Source: Nitrosopumilus sp. (lineage in GTDB: Archaea > Thermoproteota > Nitrososphaeria > Nitrososphaerales > Nitrosopumilaceae). From it: a DNA stretch of 64,000 nt. Both the position numbers and the translations under genes were made by a program. Shown here in pieces: positions 39,802 through 49,405 of the stretch (the first letter of the stretch is position 1; the number at the start of each line of letters is the position of its first letter). Location of the stretch: the NCBI GenBank assembly GCA_965206745.1, contig OZ242220.1, forward strand, positions 1,632,001 through 1,696,000, in the 5' to 3' direction. Under the pieces are notes generated by a model, which saw only the letters and a program-made list of their open reading frames with translations, had not been told where the DNA came from and did not search any database.

Positions 39802-40957
39802 GATAAAGTTCCCAATCTACCTTGATTCACATGCCACCACTCCTGTAGATTTGCGTGTTTTTGAGGAGATGAGGCCGTACTTTACAGAGAATTTTGGCAA
39901 CGCCTCAAGTTTGGATCATTCCTTTGGATATGACGCATCAATTGCAGTCTCTCAAGCCAGAGAGAAGATTGCAAAGGCAATTGGGGCAAATACCGATGAG
40001 ATTCTTTTTACATCAGGGGCCACAGAATCTGATAACCTGGCATTACTTGGTGTGATGGAGCGAAACAAGAGCAAGGGAAATCATCTCATTACATGTGTAA
40101 CAGAGCACAAGGCAGTTTTGGATACTGCAAAACATCTGGAGAAGAATGGATGTAAAGTGACATATTTACCAGTAGATGAGTTTGGCTGCATTAGTTTGGA
40201 TGAACTAAGATCTGCAATAACAGATGAGACTGTGCTGATTTCAATAATGTTTGCAAACAACGAGATTGGAACCATTGCAGATGTTGCAGAGATTGGAACA
40301 ATAGCAAAGGAACACGACGTACTGTTTCATACAGATGCAGTACAAGCACTGGGTCATATTCCAATTGATGTCAAAAAAATGAACATTGACTTGATGTCAA
40401 TGTCATCTCACAAAATATACGGACCTAAGGGGATAGGCGCACTGTACATTAGAAGTATCTTGCCACGCGTAAAGATTGATTCGATTGTGTATGGCGGAGG
40501 ACAGGAGAGAAACATTCGCTCTGGGACTCTGAATGTTCCAGGAATTGTGGGTTTTGCAAGAGCAGTTGAAATTGCACATAAAGAGATGAATTCTGAGAAT
40601 ATTAAATTTAAAAGATGGACTGATACAATGTTGGAAAGATTATCTAAAGTAGGTGCAAAACTAAATGGACATCCTACAAATAGACTTGCTCATAATTTGA
40701 ATATCAGATTTGATGGAATAGAAAGCAAGGCAATAATTAACTCAGTGGCAAAAAAATTAGCAATATCTGCAGGATCTGCATGTACTACTCATATGATAGA
40801 GCCATCTCATGTGCTTTTAGCCTTGGGATTAAATGAGAATCAGGCCCACTCATCAATTAGAATTGGGTGTGGGAGATTCAATACTGATGAGGAAATCAAG
40901 ATAGCAACAGATGAAATTCATGCCTGTATCAATCTATTAACAAAAATCAAGATTTAG
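39794..40957 (+). CDS. dndA: Cysteine desulfurase DndA/IscS, cluster 2
   Basis: IYLDSHATTP, FTSGATESDN, SSHKIYGPKG, SAGSACT. Confidence 0.92.
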   Translation: MSEIKFPIYLDSHATTPVDLRVFEEMRPYFTENFGNASSLDHSFGYDASIAVSQAREKIAKAIGANTDEILFTSGATESDNLALLGVMERNKSKGNHLITCVTEHKAVLDTAKHLEKNGCKVTYLPVDEFGCISLDELRSAITDETVLISIMFANNEIGTIADVAEIGTIAKEHDVLFHTDAVQALGHIPIDVKKMNIDLMSMSSHKIYGPKGIGALYIRSILPRVKIDSIVYGGGQERNIRSGTLNVPGIVGFARAVEIAHKEMNSENIKFKRWTDTMLERLSKVGAKLNGHPTNRLAHNLNIRFDGIESKAIINSVAKKLAISAGSACTTHMIEPSHVLLALGLNENQAHSSIRIGCGRFNTDEEIKIATDEIHACINLLTKIKI

Positions 40958-40992
40958 TAGTAAAGATCATCTTTTTAAGATAGATTCAATGG

Positions 40993-41859
40993 TTGTCATT
41001 TATGACAATTAAAAAAATTGGCTATAAGGAAATTGACATATCTCAAGATGTGCTTGATACAAGCAAATCCCAAGCACGACAGACAAATGTTAATGAAAAT
41101 GTAAAAGATTTAGCTCAAAGTATAGAACTCCAAGGATTATTTTCGCCAGTTCTCGTTATCAAAGTAAATGAAAACAGGTATGAGTTAATTGCAGGTCAGA
41201 GAAGAATGAAAGCTCATAGAGATATTTTATCAAAAAAAGATCCTAAAAAATTTGGTAAGATTGGAGCTTTTATTTATGAAAATTCCATGGAAGAGTGGGA
41301 GAAGAAGGCAATTTCAATTAACGAAAATTTTAATCAGGTTCCAATGAGTGAAGAAGATAAAATTGCAGCAGTAACTGTTTGCTATAATACATTTAATTCT
41401 ATTCGCGTAACTGCTGAAAAAACAGGTATTTCAGAAGAACGAGTAAGTAAATATGTAAAGTATACTCGCCTTCCTCCTATTCTGAAAAAACTAAAAGACG
41501 ATGGAAAAATTTCATTAGGTACTGCTTTAGATACTGCAAATCTTTTTGAAATTGACAGTTCAGAATTAGGAGATATTCCTGAAGAAGAAGTGAAAACATG
41601 TGCATTAGAAAGTGAAAAATTAAGTTCAAAACAGAAAAAACGTGTAAAAGAAATCAAGATTGAAAAACCCGAATTTAAAATTGAAGAGATCATCAATAAA
41701 GTCAGAACTAAAAAAGAGACTTCTCATAAAATTGAAACAGAGGTAGTGTCAGACACATATGCTCGTGTTGAAGTATACAAAGATACCAAAAAATTAAAAT
41801 CCGTTGCACTTGCTGCATCAGAATTAATCGAAGATGGATTAAAGCTCAATAAATTATAA
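40993..41859 (+). CDS. ParB/Srx-fold protein with HTH (module gene 1, cluster 2)
   Basis: LAQSIELQGLFSPVLV, YELIAGQRRMKA, ISINEN, TAEKTGISEERVSKYVKYTRLP. Confidence 0.9.
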   Translation: MSFMTIKKIGYKEIDISQDVLDTSKSQARQTNVNENVKDLAQSIELQGLFSPVLVIKVNENRYELIAGQRRMKAHRDILSKKDPKKFGKIGAFIYENSMEEWEKKAISINENFNQVPMSEEDKIAAVTVCYNTFNSIRVTAEKTGISEERVSKYVKYTRLPPILKKLKDDGKISLGTALDTANLFEIDSSELGDIPEEEVKTCALESEKLSSKQKKRVKEIKIEKPEFKIEEIINKVRTKKETSHKIETEVVSDTYARVEVYKDTKKLKSVALAASELIEDGLKLNKL

Positions 41860-41860
41860 A

Positions 41861-42616
41861 ATGTCCATTCTAAAAGATGGTCTAAGACTTGCCAAATTAA
41901 AACGAAGTATTGGACGTGATCATGCTGATCCTAGACCTCTGTTACCAATCCAAGTTGCCACATATCTAAAAGAAATGAAAGAGGATCTAAATGATTTATC
42001 AAATGTAAAAACAGCTAAAAGACTTGGAGTTTCTACAGCGTTAATTTCTAATTTCTTAAGTTTACTTGATGCTCCAACTAACAAATATGATTATGTATGG
42101 GGATGGGGCACTTCAACAGATGCTCGACTTGCATGGTCAATGTGTAGGCGAATGGGAATTGAATATAAAAAAGGATTGATTTCTGAGGAAGAATTCGGAA
42201 AACTTGTCAGTGGTGCCCTTAATAATCAAATCCCTCCAAAAACTGTTGAAGATATTTTAATTTTAAAAAAAAGATATCCTGAAAAATCTTTTAATGAATG
42301 CTGTAAAGAGATTCTTAATCTAATCCCTGAAAGTATAACATCCATAATTTTCATTGCCGATTTGGACCATTCTATTATTGAAAAAATCCATAAGAAATCC
42401 ATTTCTGCCTCTAAATCTGAAGAAGATATTGCAGAATCGATATTATCAAAATACATAGGTCAAGAAAACATCGAAGGAGTGCTGTTAAAAAATAACAAAC
42501 ATATCAAAATTGCATTTACAGAGAAAGGTCGTGAAAAATTAGACAAAATTTCAAAGCAAGAAAGAAAATCAATTGTTGAAATAATTAATTATTTATTTTT
42601 AAAAGAAGGATTTTGA
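41861..42616 (+). CDS. HTH protein (module gene 2, cluster 2)
   Basis: SIGR...RPLLPIQV...TAKRLGVS...WGWG. Confidence 0.75.
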   Translation: MSILKDGLRLAKLKRSIGRDHADPRPLLPIQVATYLKEMKEDLNDLSNVKTAKRLGVSTALISNFLSLLDAPTNKYDYVWGWGTSTDARLAWSMCRRMGIEYKKGLISEEEFGKLVSGALNNQIPPKTVEDILILKKRYPEKSFNECCKEILNLIPESITSIIFIADLDHSIIEKIHKKSISASKSEEDIAESILSKYIGQENIEGVLLKNNKHIKIAFTEKGREKLDKISKQERKSIVEIINYLFLKEGF

Positions 42617-42617
42617 G

Positions 42618-43718
42618 ATGAGTGTATCAGAACTTTTACAATATGCATCTGTGGGCGAACAAGGTTCAATCTATTTAGGAAAAAATACTGTCGTTAATGG
42701 ATCTAAACATGGCAGAGAAATTGGAATTTTTTCACATATTCATCAAGATCATATTGAATTATTTACTTATGCCATGCATGAATGTACTGCCATCTTTGTA
42801 TCTCCACCGATATTTGATTTACTTGCTGCGATAGAGCAAAATGAGAATGATAGTGTTTCCTCCGAAATATATTTTGGAGGAAGGCACATACATCGTTTAG
42901 ATTTCGATCGAACTATAAATCCAAAAAAATTTCTGAGGAATTTGGATCCTAAAAAAAATTATTCGGATCAAATTACATTAAAAAAAGCTCATCATATTTT
43001 AAGCTCAACACAAATTTTAGTTACCACAGACGATGACAAAGATATTGGATATTCTAGTGATTTTTCATATTCTGAAACCGAACCCATGAAATGTAATGCA
43101 CTTGTACTTGATTCCACACAGGGTGATCCTATGTTTAATACAATTGTTGATTCAAATAGTCTTGAAAATAGGTTAGTAGAAGATGTAAATAGAGAGATTG
43201 AAGCAGGTAATCCAGTGTGTATTAGATCACATGTTGGAAGATTACAATATATTATGTCATTACTTTCTAAAAAAATTGGAATGGATATTCCTTTCTTATC
43301 TGAATCTACGAATAAAAAATTAGCTCCAATTTATAACAAACATGATATGCCAATAAGAAAAATCATTGATTCGTATTCTTATGACGGCAGAGAAAAACTA
43401 GAAAAAAATTATCCATTCATAGAATTTAAAACAAACCACGAAGCAAAATCTGAGCCTGAAATGGATAATCGTTCAACTGTTTTTCATTTGGAAGGATTTT
43501 GTTTGGGAGGAAATGCAACTTTTAAACAAAAGCTAGGAAATGAAAAAAATTATTATTTGGAATTTGCTGATCATGGAAATTATGATAATATTTTAAAATA
43601 TGTTAATAGATGTAATCCTGAATTAGTAATTATAGATAATTATAAAAGCGGATGGGGAGAAACATTAGCTGAAAAAATTAAGAGTGATTTAGATATTGAT
43701 GCAATAGCTCAACCTTAG
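42618..43718 (+). CDS. MBL-fold/beta-CASP-like hydrolase (module gene 3, cluster 2)
   Basis: SHIHQDH, AHHILSS, YSSDF, LVLDST, ADHGNY. Confidence 0.82.
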   Translation: MSVSELLQYASVGEQGSIYLGKNTVVNGSKHGREIGIFSHIHQDHIELFTYAMHECTAIFVSPPIFDLLAAIEQNENDSVSSEIYFGGRHIHRLDFDRTINPKKFLRNLDPKKNYSDQITLKKAHHILSSTQILVTTDDDKDIGYSSDFSYSETEPMKCNALVLDSTQGDPMFNTIVDSNSLENRLVEDVNREIEAGNPVCIRSHVGRLQYIMSLLSKKIGMDIPFLSESTNKKLAPIYNKHDMPIRKIIDSYSYDGREKLEKNYPFIEFKTNHEAKSEPEMDNRSTVFHLEGFCLGGNATFKQKLGNEKNYYLEFADHGNYDNILKYVNRCNPELVIIDNYKSGWGETLAEKIKSDLDIDAIAQP

Positions 43719-43726
43719 GTGATCAT

Positions 43727-45106
43727 TTGGAAGAAACTCTAAAAAACGTAATGAAGGATTTATTTGTTGAATCGAATAAAGATATTTTTTCACAGTTGTC
43801 TGAAAAAGAACTAGAAAAATATATTTCCTTTACACATATTCCAGAATTTAATTCAGAAAAAATTTATAACAAATTTAAGAAAGAAAAAATAATAAATTTC
43901 AAAAAAATTATTTATGATTATGAAGAAAAAATAATAGGATTATCTTCATATAAAACTTCAACAAACAATATAAAAACAACCATTCAAGAAAATCCTGCTT
44001 ATATCAAAAGATTAGTTTTAGATTTGAATCATGTAGTTAAACAAACTCTTTTGGATTTTTTAATATCTTGTTTATATGAGTCAAATTTTAAAGATTATGA
44101 TGTTGAAACTTTTGAAATAATTTATTCCAAATTTGAAAATTTCCTAGATAATGAATTATTTTCTGTTTTCAGTTTTATAACATTAAGAAATTTTGATCAT
44201 CATAATGATTCTCTTATGTTGCCTAATGATCAAATTTTGAGATTACGAACACCAGAAGAATTTTCTGTAATTTGCAATGTCGGTGGAAACGATTCTGAAC
44301 CCAAAATAAACCCTAATTTTCAAAACATCAAATTTGTGATCGGAGCCCATATTGCTAAAACAGATATCAATGATCAAAAAATTAAAGAGAAATTTGAAGC
44401 ATTTTTGTTTGCATTAAAAATTTTTCATGCTGGAGATGTACAATTTGGTGGTATTTACTATACAGATTCGGTAAATTGGCGTGTAAAACCCACAATCACG
44501 ATTAAGACTGAGCCTATTTTGGGAAAATCATCTACAAAATACAAATTAGAATCAGAGAATTTAACTGAAAGTGATTTCAGTAAATTCATTAAGGATTTTT
44601 CTGAAATTAATTTCACTAAAGGAAAATATGTTTTTTTAGGACGTTCAATAAAGCGATTTTCTCAAGCTATTGAAAACGAACACAAATTAGATAAAATTGT
44701 GGATTTTATCACTTGTTTGGAATCACTATATTCTTCAAATGAACAACAACTTTCTTTTAGATTTGCTATGAGAACTGCTAGCGTTTTAGGTCAAACGCCT
44801 GATCAAAAAATTGCAATTCAAGAATTTATTTTACAGATCTATAATTTAAGAAGTAAAATCATACATGGTGACCAAATCCCCCCTGTAATAATAAATGGAC
44901 ATGAGATTGATTTAGATAGTTGTCTTATAAATTTAGAAAAAATTTCTAGAAATTCAATAAAAAGTTTTCTTGATTTTATAAAGGAATTTAAAAGTAAAGA
45001 AGAATTACATAAGATGATTGATAATTCCATCTATGAATTATCTTCACAAGAAATTTTCTTAAAGAGTTTTAAAGAATTGAAACTTTCTACTGTAAATATT
45101 TCTTAA
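43727..45106 (+). CDS. ApeA-like HEPN protein (module gene 4, cluster 2)
   Basis: DKIVDFITCLESLY...IYNLRSKIIHG. Confidence 0.82.
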   Translation: MEETLKNVMKDLFVESNKDIFSQLSEKELEKYISFTHIPEFNSEKIYNKFKKEKIINFKKIIYDYEEKIIGLSSYKTSTNNIKTTIQENPAYIKRLVLDLNHVVKQTLLDFLISCLYESNFKDYDVETFEIIYSKFENFLDNELFSVFSFITLRNFDHHNDSLMLPNDQILRLRTPEEFSVICNVGGNDSEPKINPNFQNIKFVIGAHIAKTDINDQKIKEKFEAFLFALKIFHAGDVQFGGIYYTDSVNWRVKPTITIKTEPILGKSSTKYKLESENLTESDFSKFIKDFSEINFTKGKYVFLGRSIKRFSQAIENEHKLDKIVDFITCLESLYSSNEQQLSFRFAMRTASVLGQTPDQKIAIQEFILQIYNLRSKIIHGDQIPPVIINGHEIDLDSCLINLEKISRNSIKSFLDFIKEFKSKEELHKMIDNSIYELSSQEIFLKSFKELKLSTVNIS

Positions 45107-45429
45107 TATCTACATTAATTTTTTAATGATATAAATGAAATTGTAAGCAATAAAATTTTATGCCAAGACAAAAACTCAAAAATTTTACTAGATATTTTAT
45201 TTAATTCATAACATGATATACAATATGATAAAACAGATAATGCATCAGTGTAAAGAATGAATTCTGTTAGATCGACTCAGATGAACTTTTGTTTGTTACT
45301 ATATTCTCCTTACTTTTCCAAAAACTGAGTGTCTATTCTCATTAAATTCATAGAAAGAGTATACATGTACTAATTGATAGCACGTAACATATTTCACACT
45401 TGATATTAGAATTCATCAATTTACTAATC

Positions 45430-46509
45430 TTAAGAATTACCAGTTACGTCATTGTAAAACTTTTTGGTATTTCTCCATTTTAATACAGCATCAACATTTT
45501 TTATTTTTTCAAGATTTTTATCAATTAATTCCAAGATGTCAACGAATGATTCGTCATTTTCAGCACCTATATTTGAAGCATCATATAATGCAGGCCATTT
45601 AATAGCCCATGCATCATGTTCAAGTGAATGTTTCAATGGGATAGAGCATTTATGATAATACCTACGAATAGTAGGATCTGCTTTGCTTAATTTCTCAATC
45701 TTAACATTAGCACTCGGAGATGCTGAGATTCCAATCCATTGAGGAAGTTCATAATATTGTGCAGCGTCAGTTACAGCCTCACCAATAAAAAAATTCTTTT
45801 CATTATAAAATGATCCTATGGAAAAACAACCTCGTATGGGAATATCTAATTTTATACTTTGTGTAATTGAACTCCACATAGTCTTACCAAATTTTTTTAA
45901 TAAATCATTGATATCATCATTCTCCAGCGTAATGATTATCGTATCTGAGAATGAATTAAAATTCATTTGAGATCCTTGTGTAAATTCCTGTTGAAGTAAA
46001 TCTTGAAGTTGTTTTGTAAATTTATTCCAAGTATCAGGAATACCTCGTGGATCAAAATTCTTCCAAAAATCTTTAGTTCCCAACATGTCAATATATGAAA
46101 CTAATCCAAATTTTGGGTTAAATTCTTCTAGCACTTTTTTTTTATAGATTTTGTTGGTATGATCTGTACTTTTAATCCAAGCCTGAAATTCAGGAAATTT
46201 TCTCAAAAACTTTGAATCTATTATAGGAGGATTTTCTTTGAGTGTTTCTAATCCACGTGGAGTGATCTTAAAGACGCCCGAACTTGAATTTTCCAATAAT
46301 AATGCCTGACGTAATTCAGATACTGCCCATCTAACTTGGGCATCAAATTTAGATTGTTTTCCACCTGAAGTTAATTGATTTCTTTCATCTTCTGTAATAT
46401 CAAAATGTTTGATTAGATAATTTGTCAAATCACCAAGTTTATGAGATTTCTCATCATTTAGAAACTCAAGAATTGGTTTTCACAGTTTATTTTTTGATGG
46501 TATTGGCAT
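45430..46509 (-). pseudogene. Mrr N-terminal (wHTH) domain fused to a class III nucleotidyl-cyclase-like domain; in-frame TGA at codon 10
   Basis: ATG 46509 gives MPIPSKNKL*KPILEFLNDEKSH, in frame with ORF 45430-46428; FDAQVRWAVSELRQA...FKITPRG (Mrr_N); YIDMLG...FSDTII...IRGCFSIG...GEAVTDA (cyclase-like). Confidence 0.7.
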
Positions 46510-46772
46510 GGATTATTTTTAAATCAATCGTTTAAGAGACTTTCTCAATATTTTTCCTAATTCTATTCTAATATTCATGAGATGATTGTAAGAATATTCT
46601 ATTCAAACTTTCCGTATAACTCAATTATTCTCTCATGTATCATTATCACAGACAATCTCATGTGAATTCTGTAACTAAAAGTAAATTTGTCAATATCTCA
46701 TCAAATCCAGATCATAGAGTCATTTTCAGTATTATTTATAACAGAAATAACACTTGCAGTATTTGGGTAGAT

Positions 46773-47066
46773 ATGACTAAAGAAAAACCAATTATCCTTC
46801 TAGATGTGATGCTTGAAAATCTGCGAGAATTTTTAGAGGATAAAGGATGGGAGGTAGAAACAGTATCAAAAACACTCGGGGTTGCTCAAAAAAGTAGAAA
46901 TGACACAAAGGTTATGGACTATGCAGAAAAAGAAGGTCGTGTCATTGTTACTGAGGATAAGAAATTCATCAAGCGACTACAAGCAAAAGAAATGAATGTT
47001 TTCACCGTTGAAGATTTTGAGAAAGCCAAGATTATCGATGAAAAATTAAAGAGTAAATTTAGTTAA
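46773..47066 (+). CDS. PIN-domain protein, copy 2
   Basis: MTKEKPIILLDVM...VIVTEDKKF; start set by alignment to copy 1. Confidence 0.8.
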   Translation: MTKEKPIILLDVMLENLREFLEDKGWEVETVSKTLGVAQKSRNDTKVMDYAEKEGRVIVTEDKKFIKRLQAKEMNVFTVEDFEKAKIIDEKLKSKFS

Positions 47067-47215
47067 TCAGGATTTGTTGATTTTAGTTTTGTTGTGATTC
47101 CATCAATGGCTTTTGCATTTGCAGTTCCTGAAACTATAGTTGTATCTTAGTGCCATTCCATGTCTCCCTGATATGCTCAAACAGCGGACTGTGATATAAC
47201 ATAGTCAATTACACA

Positions 47216-48001
47216 TCACTGCAGATTCGGAAACCGCTCCTTGATGTACTGCGCCTCATCAATCCCGTCAAGCCTCTGCGCCCGAGGCGCCACACCCCGG
47301 ACGAAAAACTCCTTTCCGTGCTCACCCCGCAGATACAGAGGACGCGATGAGGGAAGGACCTGTATGATACATATCGTCTTATCCTGTATCTGCCGAAAGG
47401 CCAGGTTCAGCTTTGTCAGGATAAACGTATTGTCCTGTATGAGGTCAAGCAGCCTGTCATGCATGTGATTGGCAAACTCGTCCTCATAGTCTGCAAACCT
47501 CTCCAGGTTTTTGTCCCTCTCAAGGCCTGCAACTGTTCCATCAGAACTCACCCCAAGGTACAGGAATCCGCCGTACTTGTTTCCAAAGGAGCATACGGCA
47601 GTTGCAAAGCGCTCCTGAACCTCCCTCTTTTTCTTTCTGACTATCTCGCCCCTCTTCTGGGGCTCCACCTCTAGGCGGTCCATGATACTATCATACTGGT
47701 AAAATTCCTTGAATTCATTGTGAGCATCCTCGCCCTTTGGTATCTCCTTGTCACTCAAATCTGCAAATGCCGGCACTCCAGAGTCCGGATTTTGCAGGTT
47801 CTGGGATATCTCTATCTTTTTGACCCTGCCTACACTGCCGTCGTGCAGCCTGACCTTGATTCCGTGCGGGTGGGATTCACTTGAGGTTAGGATTTCAGCG
47901 ACTGTTCCCTGTATGAGACGGCCTGTTCTCTGGTCTTGCTTTGTCTCAATGCTGACTGTGCCTCCAATGGATATCTGGTTTTTAGTTGGAATATCTGCCA
48001 T
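47216..48001 (-). CDS. YwbE-like domain fused to a Schlafen/AlbA_2 domain
   Basis: KQDQRTGRLIQGTVAEILTSSESHPHGIKVRLHDGSVGRVK; GEDAHNEFKE...VCSFGNKYGGFLYLGVSSDG. Confidence 0.8.
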   Translation of the reverse strand: MADIPTKNQISIGGTVSIETKQDQRTGRLIQGTVAEILTSSESHPHGIKVRLHDGSVGRVKKIEISQNLQNPDSGVPAFADLSDKEIPKGEDAHNEFKEFYQYDSIMDRLEVEPQKRGEIVRKKKREVQERFATAVCSFGNKYGGFLYLGVSSDGTVAGLERDKNLERFADYEDEFANHMHDRLLDLIQDNTFILTKLNLAFRQIQDKTICIIQVLPSSRPLYLRGEHGKEFFVRGVAPRAQRLDGIDEAQYIKERFPNLQ

Positions 48002-48231
48002 GAATTGGCTGTGTGTTGTTATGATTTAAGCATGATCGCAATATTTCTTATATTCAAAGATGCTACGTGGGAGGACTTGGTTGTTTAGGATTCTGTGCCA
48101 AATTGGTATCCATTTGGTATGCGGGAAGGTTGTCAGGAATTGATGAAATTTAATAATTTCTTGATTTGAACTCGTTAGTGGCTAGGCTGTTTTTTTATAG
48201 CAAGAGGCATGTATACGCCAATATTTCATTA

Positions 48232-48822
48232 TTAGATCTTTTGATATACATCTGGCATACATAATTTGATTTTGAAATTACTAAACAATTTAATGAAGCC
48301 ATCAAGTAATTTAAGGAATATATCATAGTATGGAGTTTCAAAAGAAAAATCTTTACGAATTTTTAACCCTTTCTTAGACTCGGAAGATATCTTCCATGCA
48401 TCAGCAATTAATATTCCACCAGGTTTGAGAAATTTTTTTAATTCCTGAAATATCTTGTTAGAATCGCGTTTATACCATTGACAATTATTCCTATTAATTA
48501 CATGTATACAGATCACAACATCAGCCTCTCCAATATGTTGATTCACACATTGAATCTTGTCTGAGATGAACACATCTAGATTTTTATTTGCTTTCTTTTT
48601 GTTCTCTTCATCTTTCATCTCGTCGATGCCTACTGTGTATAGGGTAATTTTTTCAGATTCCAGGTATTCTTTACATTTTCGTAAGGCTGTACCATCCGAA
48701 CAACCAACATCTACTACCTTAAGATCCTTAGATGTCTCCTGAGCATACTGGCGTATGTATCCTGCTACTCCACATTCACCATATCTGGTTTCCCAAGTAT
48801 TAGATTTGGATGTATTTGGCAA
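48232..48822 (-). CDS. Class I SAM-dependent methyltransferase
   Basis: KVVDVGCSDG motif I; ADVVIC; LKPGGILI. Confidence 0.8.
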   Translation of the reverse strand: MPNTSKSNTWETRYGECGVAGYIRQYAQETSKDLKVVDVGCSDGTALRKCKEYLESEKITLYTVGIDEMKDEENKKKANKNLDVFISDKIQCVNQHIGEADVVICIHVINRNNCQWYKRDSNKIFQELKKFLKPGGILIADAWKISSESKKGLKIRKDFSFETPYYDIFLKLLDGFIKLFSNFKIKLCMPDVYQKI

Positions 48823-49405
48823 TACATTTTTTATATCAAATATAGTATAATAAATTATAGGGGAATCATTCTCAAATTAGAAATTCCAAATAAATGAAGA
48901 TAAATGATTGATGTATTTGCCATAGCATTGACACAGGAGAATCTAGTACATTTACAAACCATCAATCAAAAATAATCCAAACTTTGTATGAACTGTAAAT
49001 ATGCCTATATTTTGGTAAAGCTAATTTACGCTAATTAGAATAAATTAGAAGAAATTAGAATTCAGGGATTTATTGCACGATATGCCTAAACCATAAAGAA
49101 ATCGTTGAATCATCGTGCCTAAAATCAACCATGCAATAAAGCAGAATTTAGCAATAAACAAGCTAAAGATAAAATCAGATTATAATCTGAAAACCTAAAA
49201 GTAAAAATAAGAAATCTCTATTTTAAAATGCAAAAAACATTAAATCATCTATTAATAATACTCAACTAGAGAAATAAAATCAAATATAGACACTTTTTAA
49301 AAAACTAGATAAATTTGAGGAGGTGATTTTCAAATATCTGAGAATCATTATATTTAGCATTGATAATGGTATGAATTATGATATGGAGAAATTACTGTTA
49401 AAGCC

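Noticed and set aside
23757-40957. Housekeeping iscS/nifS
   Set aside because: Both copies overlap neighbouring dnd-operon genes and no iscU/suf genes are present, so DndA is the better call
27680-41859. ParB genes as a chromosome or plasmid partition system
   Set aside because: No ParA/Soj Walker-A ATPase nearby; both are embedded in nuclease-containing operons
18952-45030. Numerous short antisense ORFs inside the dnd, helicase and module genes
   Set aside because: They lie opposite well-supported genes and carry no recognisable motifs
46480-46482. Selenocysteine or programmed readthrough at the TGA
   Set aside because: The position is not a catalytic Cys site and no supporting signal was seen; a nonsense mutation or sequencing error is simpler
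46635-46772. N-terminal extension of PIN copy 2 given in the ORF track
   Set aside because: The homologous upstream DNA in copy 1 is not part of its ORF; ATG 46773 matches the copy 1 start
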